A DNA stretch of 57,842 nucleotides from Salpingoeca rosetta (GCA_033442325.1 JAWQFM010000025.1:716397-774238), one strand, 5' to 3'; numbered from the stretch's first letter, positions 10,054 through 25,763 are shown. The notes: generated by a model from the letters alone, not told the origin. Numbers and translations are program-made.

Positions 10054-10875
10054 GCTTCTTCTTTGCGCTTCCTCCTGCTTTTGGTCTGTGGTTGTGGCGT
10101 GAAGTTGCGTGAAGCGGCGTGAAGTTGCGGTGAGGCAACTGAGGGAAGAACAGAGGAAGAGAGCTGAGGGATGCGAGCAAAGGGAGAATGCAGGGGAGCA
10201 AGAGAACACGCGACGAAGGTTGGCACAGTGCTGAGATGCTATGCAAGTGCTGAAACGGGGGACAACAAAACAAGCAAGTGAACAAAGGAAGCAAGCTAAA
10301 CTTTAGCAATCGCCCCCTGTATGCATGGTGGTTTCGTTTTCTTTGTTCGTGTCGTTCTCTTTGTTCTTGTCGTGATGTGACCGTCGAAAGTCATCGAAAG
10401 TCGTGTCGATTGATCGGGCGAAGGACAACAAAGAGTGGGAAAGAGAGGCGGGTTTATCCGGACGATACCAGTGGCTTTTTGTGCCTGTGTTGTGTGTTTG
10501 TGTTGTGTGTGTGTGTGCGTGTGTGCGTGTGTGCGTGTGTGCGTGTGCGTGTGTTTGTTTGTTTGTGTGTGTGTGCGTGTGTGCGTGTGTGCGAGTGTGC
10601 GTGTGCGTGTGTTTGTTTGTGTGTGTGTGTGTGTGTGTTGTGTGTGTGTAGGTGTGTGTTGTGTGTGTGCGTGTTTACACTCTTACTCTTGCCAGGACCT
10701 TGACGTTCAACGGCGAAGAACGTGTTTAATCATCCATCAGCAGCAAGAAGCACAACATCACGTGGTCAACGATGGTCAACAGCACCAGCAAAGACATACA
10801 ATACAATCAGACACACCCGTACACGTACACACGCATACAAACGCACACAACATACATACAAATGCGCACGCACGC

Positions 10876-11892
10876 CTACACAGCATTGCGGTCTGTGTTC
10901 TGGATAGGAACAAGGGCATGTGAACCACTGGTCTCAACCCAAACGTACTTGGGCTTGATCCACTCCACTGGCTCTGCTTCGCCTTCCTTGCGCGACGCGA
11001 GCCCCGGAAGCACAAACTTGGCAACGCCTTCACGCGTGCTGGACTGCGGTGGAACAAGGTACTGATCCGCTGTGATGTCCGCCACTTCTTGATGCTGCTC
11101 ATCAAGCTCGATGGGCGGGTCACAGAGCCTGCAGGCAATGAACGTGGCAAGGAGCTTCCGGCGCGACACCGCTTTTGCGAGTTTGCCTAGAGATGGCAGA
11201 GTTACCTCCTTCACGACATGATCCGCCCAGGTGTGGAACGTCTGCTGCACATGTTGTCGAACCAGCGGCGCATCATGCTGCGCTTCGCACACGCCTGCCA
11301 CCTGTTCTATTTGCTTGTTGACAAGGTCTGTAGCCTCCATGTAAAGCGCAAAGACCAACTCACTCAGTTGCTTGCGCTGTGCCTCGTCCTGGGCGATCTC
11401 TCGAGCGCGCTGTGAGCTGAGAAGGCGAGTGTACACTTCTGCAACCTGGGATGGTGTTGGCAGCTGCTTGAATTGAACAAAGTCGCCAGTGTCGTCAACA
11501 TCGATTGCAGCTCTCAAAAAGTCGTCGCATGCTGACACGGTTGATTGCAGTGTCTCGTGCAGCTTCATCACTGCGTTGTTGAAGCTGGTGGCTGGTAAGA
11601 TGATGAACTTGCCAGAATCCTCAATTTCAAGTGCTCCGGATTCCTGCTGTCGGAGCCGAACCTTTGCCGCATGATCATGTGCATCCAGCAGACGCTCGAA
11701 AAACTCCAGCTTCGCACCAGTCCAAGCAGATCGCAGGTGGCACGTCATTGTACGCTGGCCGGGATCGAAGGGCGGAAAACAAACGATGGGGGCGCGTTGC
11801 AGCTGTCCTTCATACAGGAGCATGGGAGGCCCACGAACTTCGACAACGACACCGAAGGCCATCGGCCTGTGTGTTGAGGTGCTTGAAGACAT
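10876..11892 (-). CDS. Uncharacterised MIEAP-C/GrpE-head-like protein, subtype A, copy A2; head-to-head with HSPA12 copy 2
   Basis: 338-aa intronless ORF. FKQLPTPSQVAEVYTRL, HVQQTF, TFIACRLCDPPIELDE and FVLPGL..WIKPKYVWV are shared with 25764..26771 and more distantly with B1/B2. Confidence 0.75.
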   Translation of the reverse strand: MSSSTSTHRPMAFGVVVEVRGPPMLLYEGQLQRAPIVCFPPFDPGQRTMTCHLRSAWTGAKLEFFERLLDAHDHAAKVRLRQQESGALEIEDSGKFIILPATSFNNAVMKLHETLQSTVSACDDFLRAAIDVDDTGDFVQFKQLPTPSQVAEVYTRLLSSQRAREIAQDEAQRKQLSELVFALYMEATDLVNKQIEQVAGVCEAQHDAPLVRQHVQQTFHTWADHVVKEVTLPSLGKLAKAVSRRKLLATFIACRLCDPPIELDEQHQEVADITADQYLVPPQSSTREGVAKFVLPGLASRKEGEAEPVEWIKPKYVWVETSGSHALVPIQNTDRNAV

Positions 11893-11966
11893 GGCTCTGC
11901 CCGTGTTGTCTGCTTGTCCCCGAACTATTGACTAAGCTGCAGCAAGCTCAAAGAGATGGTAGAATC

Positions 11967-12272
11967 GATACGAGGAGATTGGTTCAAATGTCGTGCTTGA
12001 ACGTCCGACACGCAGACACGCAAGAAGGGCTGCTATCTGCGCTTCTGGCAGGGGGTGTGCGGTGGTGGGAGGTGAGGGCGCGGAAAGAAAATATGCTCCT
12101 TGCGCCACTTGTGCGCTTTGTCGACCCGTGTGTCTCAGTCTCTTTGTGTGACTGTGTGTGACTGTGCACTTGTGTGTCACTTGAGCTGTGCTTCTGTGTG
12201 CTTCTGCTTGCGCTTGGCTTGGTTGTGCTTGGTGGGTTGGTGGCTTGGTTGTGAGTTTGCACAGCCATGTGA
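11967..12272 (+). repeat. ~305-bp duplicated upstream (promoter/5'UTR) segment, copy 1; partner is 17160..17466
   Basis: gatacgaggagattggttcaaatg...tttgcacagccatgtga occurs near-identically at both places, each time 5' of a minus-strand MIEAP-like gene. Confidence 0.93.
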
Positions 12273-12902
12273 CACGTCATGGTGCCACGACCAACAACGA
12301 AGCAACCAGCGCACAGTCATGTGAACAAGAAGCACAGCCAGCAGACACAACTTTTCTCAGGCCACTCTCTCAAAACAAAGGAAGAGGAGGCAATCCAGAC
12401 CCACAACAAGTGAGATGCGACATGGGCGGGTGCGTCGCATCAGCGATGTGTCATTCTCTTTGTTCTTGGACAGTTATTTGTATCTTCATCCAATATTCAC
12501 AACGTTTCTTGCTTGCGAGCAACAACGGCACTGACTCAGCCATTGTGCCACTGCAAGACAACAGTGGAGGCTGTGGAGTGGACACCATGCTCTCAAGCCG
12601 GCAACAATGGCTTGCAGGCTTGCAGTGGCGGTGAGGCTGAGGTTTGGTGTGTCAACCATAACATTTGTGAGCTTGTGAGGTGACATGACTCACAGCACTC
12701 AGACTTGACACAACATTTGCAGCATGCAATGGCTTGGCGCTTGTGTGTGTGTATGTGTGTGTGTGTGTCTGCTTGTTTTGTGATGCCTGCTTTGTGTCTG
12801 CTTCTCCCTCTTCCTGTGTGTGGATCATTTTCCACACGTCTCCCTCCACCCGATCGCACTCACACACTCACTCACTCACAGACTCACACACACTCTCTCT
12901 CA

Positions 12903-12939
<37 letters not shown>

Positions 12940-12982
12940 GCCCCTACAACAGGACCAGCTGAACTAGCACTAAGGACACGTA

Positions 12983-13060
12983 CGCAAGCAGCCGCAAGCA
13001 GTCGGAAGCAGTCGGAAGCAGTCGGAAGCAGTCGCAAGCAGTCGGAAGCAGTCGGAAGCG
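12983..13060 (+). repeat. 10-bp tandem repeat (GTCGGAAGCA) x~8 abutting the HSPA12 copy 2 ATG
   Basis: cgcaagca gccgcaagca gtcggaagca gtcggaagca gtcggaagca gtcgcaagca gtcggaagca gtcggaagcg ATG. Confidence 0.92.
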
Positions 13061-14842
13061 ATGGATGCTAGAAGGTCAAGCAGCACAAGGAAGCCCGCTG
13101 TGAAGTGCACGGCTGCCCTTGAGTTTGGCACAACCAACAGCGCAGCGGCATACGCGCTGGCGGGCTCCCAGGACATCACGGCGCTGCAGTTTCCCGGCGC
13201 AACCAACATCAAAGTGCCGACGAGCGTTGTTGTTGAGCGACAGGCGCCGCACAACGCTGTTGGGTTTGGGCCCTCAGCGACAGAGTGTTATGAGGAGGAC
13301 CAGCACGCAATCTTCCACCGCTTCAAGATGCAGCTGTACAAGAACTCCCGCGCCAAGACGCTGAAGGCGGACGTGGGCGACCTGGAGCTGCCGACGGACT
13401 TGGTGATTGCACGCTGCCTGGGGCTGCTCAAGGACATGGTGCTGCAGCAGATCAAGGACCGCAACGCACTCAACGTGAGCGCGTATGAGGTGCAGTGGGT
13501 GCTGACGGTGCCTGCCATCTGGGAGGAGTCGTCCAAGGCGCTGATGCGGCGTGCGGCATTCAAGGCCGGGCTGATTGACACGGAGACCTCTGACCGGCTG
13601 CTGCTTGCGCTTGAGCCGGAGTGTGCTGCGCTGGACTGCCACGAGACGCTTGCTGCGGACCTGCTGAAGCGGGGGACGCGGTATGTGGTGGTGGACTGTG
13701 GCGGGGGCACGGTGGACACGGCCGCGTTTGAGGCGATGCAGCCGAAGCCGAACGTGCGGCTTGAGGCGGCACTGCCACCGCGCGGCGGCAACTGGGGCTC
13801 CACCCGCATTGACGAGAAGTTTCTGGAGTTCCTGCGCGAGCTGCTGGACAACCCGCCGTGCCTGCGCGCAAACACGTTTGCGGTGTTTGACATGCTGACG
13901 AGCGTGTGGGAGGACCGCAAGGTGAACTTTGACGTGTCACGGCTGAGCGACCCCGACGCCAGGCTGCGCATCAACCTCAACCCTGTGCTTCAAGAGATGG
14001 ACAGGCCACCCAAGCTGGTCGATGCCGTGGCCCGGTACAACAGGAAGCACCCAGGCGCGAACCTCAAGTGCTTTGGTGCTGCAAGCCTGAAGCTGACCGC
14101 TGCGCACATGAAGACGTTCTACGACGAGGTGCTGAATGACATCAAGACGCACGTGCGTGAGCTGCTGCGCGACATGGGGCGGACGGACTATGTTGTGCTT
14201 GTTGGCGGGTTTGGGGGTAGCAGCTTTGTGCGAGATGCTGTGCGGGAGGCTGCATCGGAATCGGGTGTGCAGGTGCTGATCCCACCCCGGCCTTGGGCCT
14301 CCATCGTCATGGGCGCCGTCAGGTTCGGTCTGTCCCGGGCTGGCTCGTGCGACCACCCTGGTGCTGCTGCTGCGATTGTCATGGTCCGGCGGTCACCTTT
14401 CACGTACGGCATTGAATCGAGCATGAATGTGGCATCGTTCAAGGCTCATCACCCTGGTGTGTCGCACGATGGCCGCACGGAATGGAACCCTGACTCCAAG
14501 GAGTACGATGTGAAGAAGTTATTTCTGACATTTGTCAAGGCGAACGACAAGGTGCCTATCGACCACGAGGTCAAGCACACTGTGTGCCCTGCTCGTGATT
14601 TGCAGTCTAGTGTGCGAGTGAACCTGGTGTTGTGTCCCCGAAGCAACGTAGTGTTTTCTGATGACAAGGATGTTGAGCAGCATGGATCAGGGTCAGTGGC
14701 AGTGAAGTCCGGAGGGAAGTGGTCAGACAAACACATCGATGTGAGCATGAAGTTTGGAGAGACGGAGCTGATGATGTTCGTTCATTCGCGCACAACTGGT
14801 GCCAAGGAGCGCGTGCTTCTCAACTTTGACCACACTGCTTGA
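13061..14842 (+). CDS. HSPA12-like atypical Hsp70, copy 2 (intronless, 593 aa)
   Basis: Same HSPA12 motifs as copy 1; collinear with copy 1 at a 12000-nt offset. Phosphate-1 reads ALEFGTTNS (D->E). Confidence 0.93.
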   Translation: MDARRSSSTRKPAVKCTAALEFGTTNSAAAYALAGSQDITALQFPGATNIKVPTSVVVERQAPHNAVGFGPSATECYEEDQHAIFHRFKMQLYKNSRAKTLKADVGDLELPTDLVIARCLGLLKDMVLQQIKDRNALNVSAYEVQWVLTVPAIWEESSKALMRRAAFKAGLIDTETSDRLLLALEPECAALDCHETLAADLLKRGTRYVVVDCGGGTVDTAAFEAMQPKPNVRLEAALPPRGGNWGSTRIDEKFLEFLRELLDNPPCLRANTFAVFDMLTSVWEDRKVNFDVSRLSDPDARLRINLNPVLQEMDRPPKLVDAVARYNRKHPGANLKCFGAASLKLTAAHMKTFYDEVLNDIKTHVRELLRDMGRTDYVVLVGGFGGSSFVRDAVREAASESGVQVLIPPRPWASIVMGAVRFGLSRAGSCDHPGAAAAIVMVRRSPFTYGIESSMNVASFKAHHPGVSHDGRTEWNPDSKEYDVKKLFLTFVKANDKVPIDHEVKHTVCPARDLQSSVRVNLVLCPRSNVVFSDDKDVEQHGSGSVAVKSGGKWSDKHIDVSMKFGETELMMFVHSRTTGAKERVLLNFDHTA

Positions 14843-15326
14843 CCTTCGCTTCGTGGCTTTCTGGCTGGAGACTGCACCATGCATGCGCGACGTTTGTGGT
14901 GAATCCAAGTGCTCTGCACTCTCCTGGCTTGTTTGCATATTGTACATTCCACCTTGTTTCTTCTGCGTCGCCCTCTGTCTTGTTTCAACGCACACATTAA
15001 ATACACTACGTTCGACCACGATGAACGCAATACTTTGTGAGTTTGGGCGGCAGCGTTTCGGGGTCCAAGTCACGCGTTCGCGCAGTGGATGCATGGGAGA
15101 GGTTGGTATTGGTGAATTCATCATGGCTCTTCAAACCAGCGTGCCTCTGTACTTTGGAATCAATGCACGTGGTTGTAAGGCTCATTGCGTCAAGGTGTTT
15201 ACTTCACAGTTTGTGGCAACGTAACAGAATGAGGGAGAAAGATGGGTATTGAGAGTAAGAAGGCATTGGGGGAGGTGAGAGTAGCAACAAGAACGAAGGC
15301 ATGCGGAAAGGGACGGTGAGGCTCAG

Positions 15327-16802
15327 TCATGGCCGAGCATACGAACATGTTGGACAGACGCACGTAGCACAGCTGGGGAATGGCGAGCAATCACAAGTCG
15401 CAACATTCCCGAAGCAGGCGTTGGAGGGAGGGTGATGAGCAGGGAGGCCGAGCACCTTTCGCTTGCGATGGGCAAACGTTGAAGCTTGTGTGCAAACGTA
15501 CGTCTGAGACAGCTTGTGGTCAGCCTCATACGTAGCAGCGTGGGGCTGCGAGTCCTGCACCGCAGCCGTAACCTCGTGCTGTGCTGGCTGGAGTTGGTGC
15601 TCGCTGATGGTCGGTTCGGTTGTGTTCCAGGATACCTTGTGTGAAGAAGCACTTTCATTCTTCATGCATTCGACACAATCGCCGTCAGCAGACGATGCTG
15701 AAGAGACAGTCAACTGGGAATCGCAGTCCGTGTCTTTGACGCAGTCAGTGTCGGTGCACACCCCTGTCCCCGCGCTCGGAGCCTCGTGGACTTGGTGTGG
15801 ATCAGTATGCATGTTTTCCTGGGGTTCCCACAGGTACTTCGCCTCGGCAAGCACCGCCTTCGTCTGTCCATTGCACCACACCAGTGCAGGAAGCACCAAC
15901 GTTATCTTTGCAGCGACGTTCTTCTGCGGTAGCAGGTCAAGGTACTGCTTTCTGTCAACGTGCTGCGAGTCCTGGCAGGTGGAGTCGATGTCGATGGGAG
16001 GATCAGTGAGAATGCAAGCCATGAAGATGGGAAGCAAGTGGCGGCGCATCTGCTGCAGTCCACGCGTGTTCACCGTGCAAGCCCCATCATTCGCGGCAGC
16101 TTGTGTGCTCCACAGGTGGAAGCTGTTCTGAAGGCAGTATCGCACATGCGCATCTCCGGGCTGAACATGCGAGATTTCCGCAAGCTGTTGGCACTTGGCG
16201 CGAACAACATTCTCGGCATGGGCATACACGGCTTGAATGTCTGCCAGGAGTGCGGCTGGCTGCAGCTCTCCTTCCAACAGCTCTTCCAGCACCTCGCATT
16301 GCATCTCAATGCACGACGTGTACTTGCGCGCAAGCTCGTATGGCGTCGGAAACCCGCTGTTGAGGCGGATGCCTTGGGTCGTCACGGTGGACGCTGCGCG
16401 GGCCTCTTCAAGCGCATTCAGTTCGGCGTTCAAGCCATTCAGGCGGTGGATCATCCGGCGCACATGGTCGTCAGCATGCGGTAGCATCTGAACCACAACG
16501 GTTGACGATGTGTTCAACGCATAGGTGCTGCCAGGTTGCCGTGTCAGATGTACGACAGGGTGGCTGGGCTCAGAGTGCTTGGAATGATGAACAATCACGT
16601 CTGATTGGTCAACTACCACCAACGCCTTGGTGAACGCACACCGCAGTGTGGCAGCAAACGACCCGCCGCTCTGGACTTGGTCCTCATTGAGAGGCGTCAC
16701 TCTGACCAGAACGGGTCGTTTGTACACATTCCAGCCATTGCGATTGGTCATTTCTTGGAAGAAATGGACTCCATTCTTCAAGCACACCAAGCCAAACTGC
16801 AT
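15327..16802 (-). CDS. Uncharacterised MIEAP-C/GrpE-head-like protein, subtype B, copy B2; frame open to 16919, start uncertain
   Basis: ATLRCAFT, QGIRLNSGFPTPYELARKYTSCIEMQ, IFMACILTDPPI and LVLPALVWCNGQ..VLAEAKYLWEP match 3799..5157. Confidence 0.75.
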   Translation of the reverse strand: MQFGLVCLKNGVHFFQEMTNRNGWNVYKRPVLVRVTPLNEDQVQSGGSFAATLRCAFTKALVVVDQSDVIVHHSKHSEPSHPVVHLTRQPGSTYALNTSSTVVVQMLPHADDHVRRMIHRLNGLNAELNALEEARAASTVTTQGIRLNSGFPTPYELARKYTSCIEMQCEVLEELLEGELQPAALLADIQAVYAHAENVVRAKCQQLAEISHVQPGDAHVRYCLQNSFHLWSTQAAANDGACTVNTRGLQQMRRHLLPIFMACILTDPPIDIDSTCQDSQHVDRKQYLDLLPQKNVAAKITLVLPALVWCNGQTKAVLAEAKYLWEPQENMHTDPHQVHEAPSAGTGVCTDTDCVKDTDCDSQLTVSSASSADGDCVECMKNESASSHKVSWNTTEPTISEHQLQPAQHEVTAAVQDSQPHAATYEADHKLSQTYVCTQASTFAHRKRKVLGLPAHHPPSNACFGNVATCDCSPFPSCATCVCPTCSYARP

Positions 16803-17159
16803 GACGTCTGCTCGTCTGGTGTTGAGGAATGAAATAGGAGTAGGAAACATAGCAGGTAGCGAACGAAGGTTGATGAGCGTGATGGGCAACATGATAGACA
16901 GCAGACGCACAGTGAACACTCAAGATCAGCTGGGCTAGTCCAGCCATCACATTGCCAACAACTAGACGATTTCCTTGCAAGGCAAACGTGAAGCGCTGCA
17001 GACACTGCAAGTCACTGCAAGGCACGAAGGTGTTGAATCTCACCTGGTATGTTGAATTGGCAAACAGTGCTCTGTTCTTGAAGGCGCGGACAAATGATGC
17101 GGCCTCTTGTCACGATGGTTACCAGCCAGAAGGATGCAGCAAAGGTAGACGCTGGAGAT

Positions 17160-17466
17160 GATACGAGGAGATTGGTTCAAATGTCGTGCTTGAACGTCCG
17201 ACACGCAGACACGCAAGAAGGGCTGCTATCTGCGCTTCTGACAGGGGGCTGTGAGGTGGTGGGAGCCGAGGACACGGAAAGAAAATGTGCTCCTTGCGCC
17301 ACTTGTGCGCTTTGTCGACCCGTGTGTCTCAGTCTCTTTGTGTGACTGTGTGTGACTGTGCACTTGTGTGTCACTTGAGCTGTGCTTCTGTGTGCTTCTG
17401 CTTGCGCTTGGCTTGGTTGTGCTTGGTGGGTTGGTGGCTTGGTTGTGAGTTTGCACAGCCATGTGA
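17160..17466 (+). repeat. Duplicated upstream segment, copy 2; runs into an assembly gap
   Basis: Near-identical to 11967..12272 right up to the first N. Confidence 0.93.
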
Positions 17467-17566
17467 NNNNNNNNNNNNNNNNNNNNNNNNNNNNNNNNNN
17501 NNNNNNNNNNNNNNNNNNNNNNNNNNNNNNNNNNNNNNNNNNNNNNNNNNNNNNNNNNNNNNNNNN
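17467..17566. other. Assembly gap (100 N, probably an unknown-size placeholder)
   Basis: Run of exactly 100 N. Confidence 0.97.
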
Positions 17567-17809
17567 GCTGGTTCGACCGGAATCCTCATGACACAGTCAT
17601 ATCTGAGCTGGGGGTAGTGGGGGATGTTATGGGAGGGAAGACCAGACGGAGTGTGCAAGGACGGTATATGTTCAGGAATCGAGGGCACAACCTACCAAAC
17701 CGGCGGGAGGGAAGGGGCGCACTCGGCAAGGGCATCAATCAGTAACACACACAGACATGAGACAAGCACTTCATGCACAGGTTTCACTTCCTTTTACGCA
17801 GAGACATAG

Positions 17810-18070
17810 CAACACCAACAATTTAAACAATAACAACAACAACAAGTTAAACAACAGCAACAACAACTGCAACAACAACTTCAACAACAACAACAACTCA
17901 AACAACAACAACTCAAACAACAACTTAAGCAGCAACAACAACAACAACTTAAACAACAACAACTTAAACAACAACAACTTAAACAACAACAACTTAAACA
18001 ACAACAACTTAAACAACAACAACAACAACTCAAACAACAACTTAAACTTAAACAACAACAACAACAACAG
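17810..18070. repeat. Compound (AAC)n/TTAAAC microsatellite
   Basis: aacaacaacaacttaa units read directly; lies just after the last recognised exon (donor at 18077) of the minus-strand bPH gene. Confidence 0.9.
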
Positions 18071-18077
18071 CTACAAC

Positions 18078-19163
18078 CTTGCGGAGGCGGTGGTAGAGGG
18101 TGGCTGCCCTGAACATTGAGATGTTGAGGATGGGAGCGCTCGCCTCGCCGTCCGAGTAGACCACAACTGTGCCGCGCCCAAAAATGCGCTGGAACACATT
18201 GCGACGCAGCGCCAGGTCCTATTTATAGGGCGGGGGAGGAAGGTGTCGTGTTGGGTGGGGAATGCGGGTTAAGGTGTGTGTGTGTTGAGCTGAACTATCT
18301 ATCACACCCATCATCGCACAGCACCACCACCACCACCACCACCACCACCACCACCTCACGCATCATCAACCACATCGCACGCACGTCACCATCACCAACC
18401 ACCAACCACCAACCACCTCCATGCTCCCACCTTGACACGGCGCATGTCGATGGTGTCCGAGTGGTTGCGGCAGCAGCCGTGCTCCCAGTCAATGCGCTTG
18501 TTCGTGATGCGCCAATATGTCGACGAGCAGCACACGGGCGAAAACAGACACGCGGGCCACGTCGTCCCTGCAACATGCAATGGGGTGTTGCATTGTATTG
18601 TGTGTGTGTGTGTGTGTGTGTATTGTGTGTGTATTGTGTGTGTGTATTGTGTGTGTATTGTGTGTGTAAGAACTTGCCGTTGCCGAGCAGGAGCTTCAGC
18701 ACGTCCCTTCCCCAACCCAATCCCCTCTTCACACCACCTGCACCACAATACACAATCTCTCACCACTCCTGCTGCGTCACATCATGTCACTCACCTTCAA
18801 AGAGAATCACTTCGCCGCCAACTTCTGGATCTCCCTTCTTGCGCAGCTCGCGCTCGACCTTCTCATAGTCGACATCTGTATGATGATGATGGCAGTGGTG
18901 ACAGTTTGGAGTCGTTGCGTGAGCACTCGAAGTTTACGTGCAGCGACACACTTGGCTCGCAAGGTGATATTGAGGAAAGTAAAAGGACAGTACCCTCGAG
19001 AGAATACAATGCGTAGCAATTAACACACGCACGTTCTCACAAGCAAACACGCACACACGCACATGCACACACCTCCACGTGGCGGGTTGTCGGCCTGTGG
19101 ACGGCCGCAGCGTGCGCAGTATCGGCCGGCATCCGCGTGGCCGCAATATTGGCAGTACACCAT
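18078..19163 (-). CDS. Zinc-ribbon plus bacterial-type PH domain (bPH_2/YdbS-like) protein. Exons 19163-19073, 18875-18795, 18567-18431, 18218-18078; 5' and 3' ends possibly incomplete.
   Basis: Phase-consistent GT-AG splicing gives MVYCQYCGHADAGRYCARCG...EVILFEGTTWP...TYWRITNKRIDWEHGCCRNHSDTIDMRRVKDLALRRNVFQRIFGRGTVVVYSDG, matching the recalled bPH_2 pattern (Y.iTn.Rl...G......i.l.ri.dv.....l.qRlfG.Gti.i). Confidence 0.72.
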
Positions 19164-20329
19164 CTGCACACATGCACACACACACAACCAACAGCAGCAA
19201 CCACCGCACAGGCGAAGGTGAGCAACACAGCATCTCATTGCTTTGCGCACGTGTTTGTACAAGCGTGTGTATGCTCGCAATTCGTGTGTGTACGTGAGTG
19301 TGCATGCCATGCTGCTGGCACCACAGTTTGACCATTGCTGCTTTCACCACTCGGCACACTGGGATCGTGTGTTGTTACCCGTGTGCCCGCTGGTGTCGTT
19401 CGTGGTGTGTCTGTGCTGTTGTCGTTGTTGTTGTCGCCTGGTGGAAGCCACCTGCCACTTCCCCTGCGTTTCCCTTGGGAGGAGTGCCGCCTGCTGCGCC
19501 GGGGACTCGCCCCACCACTGCCAACCATCCCCTTGAGCTGTGGGGCTGCGCTTGAGGTGCCACAACCGCCTGAGTCTGTTTCCACGCACGCCAACCACGC
19601 CCCCCTTGCATGTATCAGCCCCTCTCTCCCGTTGTGCTTTCTTTCTTTCCTCAGCTGCTGTTGTCAACACACACACACACCACGGGCACCGCACTTGTCG
19701 CAGCAACCACTCAGCGAAGAAATGTGTGGCCGTGCGCGTTGCCCGCGCAAGCATAGCACAAGCACACAAGCACGCCACGCATGGTGGTTGTTACTCTGAC
19801 CTCGCACTCACATCACCCGCATCACCACCAGCTCCCACAAACAGCAACGCACCTTCTTGCTTTGCGGCTCTTGCCTTTCCCAGTTCTTTGCAGGGGATGA
19901 TCGGGCGCGGAAAATAGGCGAATATCATGCGAGAATTATCACGCATGGCGAAACAAAGTCAATTTTGACGTTGCCGAATCCAAAAAATTGAAGGCAGATT
20001 TGCCGTGTGTCATCAGCAGATTTGGCAAGTTGTGTGCGCGCACCAGCGTCAAGGACTGTCACCAGAATCGCGTGGTGCACACCCGTGCGACATAGACACT
20101 CTGCAGACAACACAACACAACACACATTCAACACACACGACACGCGCGAGACACACAAGAGAGAATTGCTTCATTGTCTTGACGCCTGCCTTTGCCATTT
20201 TCACGCATACCGCTTCCGTCTTGAAAAGAACGCTGCTGCAAGTGTGCACGTGGTCAAACGCTGGCATTACAGACAGTTGTTCTCTCTCCCTTCTCCGCGT
20301 GTTGTTGGAAGAAGAAACTTTGGCGCACG

Positions 20330-24665
<4,336 letters not shown>

Positions 24666-25378
24666 CCTGGTGCACGCCCCTCCTCGTCATGATGACCGCG
24701 TAAACAACCATGCATGCTCATCCTCGGGCTGGGGACTAATGGAAGCATATTCGACCCAAGTCTTTCTCTTGCTTCCTCCTATTCGTATTCAGCTTTATTT
24801 TTGTTTTGTTTCGCTCTTGAGTGTGTCGTCCTGCTTCAGTGTACATGTGTGTGTGTGTGTTGGTTTTGATTCCGTCTTCAAGCAGAGCTGTGCTCCATCG
24901 TGCTTGTTGCATGCATGTCTGTTGTCCTGAAGTTTGTACGTTTCAGCTTCATTTATCATGTCACATCACGACACGTCATGTATTTCATGTCCATGCGCGT
25001 TTGTGGGCCCACCACTCTCGCGCACGGGCAAACACCGCCCTCTTGTCCAACTTTTGACTGCATGCGTGTGTGTCTGCGCCCTGTGCTACTCACGTGTGCT
25101 GGGATGACATGGGTGGAGGCCCTTGTGTGTTGTGGGAACGTGTGGTGTTTGCTGTTGTCTGTGGTGCATGCTTGCTCTGCCCATGTTGTGTGTTTGTGTC
25201 GCCCTGGGCAGAGCATGTTTGTGTTTCACATGAGCATCTGTGTAGAATGCGTGTTTCTTTCTCTGTCATCTGTGATGGCTAGCTCGTAGGCTTCGTGCTC
25301 ACACGAACAACAATACACAGTCTCATCACAGTGCATGGTAACGACTGTGTTTGAAAACGTGCGCCGTTGTAGTTTGTG

Positions 25379-25424
<46 letters not shown>

Positions 25425-25763
25425 GTGTAACGAGTTTGTATGAACACGAGCGACGCTTGTGTTTGTGCTGTGTGTGGCTGTTTGGTTGGTTGATGGATTG
25501 ATTGATTGTGTTCTGAAGCTCATCAGGAAAGAAGCAACAGAGCAACGTTTCTCTGTTTCTGAATGTGCATATTTATGTTACAATAAGAATCACAACGCAA
25601 CAACATTGTGGGTGGACCACAAACCCAAGCCCCACCAACAGCATCATCAAAGACACAACGGACAGGAAAGCACACGCACACGTTACACACGCACATACGT
25701 TAACACGCACACGCACTTTAACACACATGAACAAACAAAGGCAAACACATACACACACATTTG

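Noticed and set aside
12983-13060. Possible CRISPR-like or telomeric array
   Set aside because: Contiguous 10-bp units with no spacers, no cas genes and an internal eukaryotic location
1303-14842. Exactly 12,000-bp offset between HSPA12 copies 1 and 2
   Set aside because: The round number looks coincidental; the copies have distinct flanks and many substitutions, so this is not a simple copy artefact or a periodic structure
19235-19800. Possible extra upstream exons of the bPH gene or a separate small gene
   Set aside because: Splice-like sites exist, but no frame gives a recognisable product; it cannot be supported without transcripts
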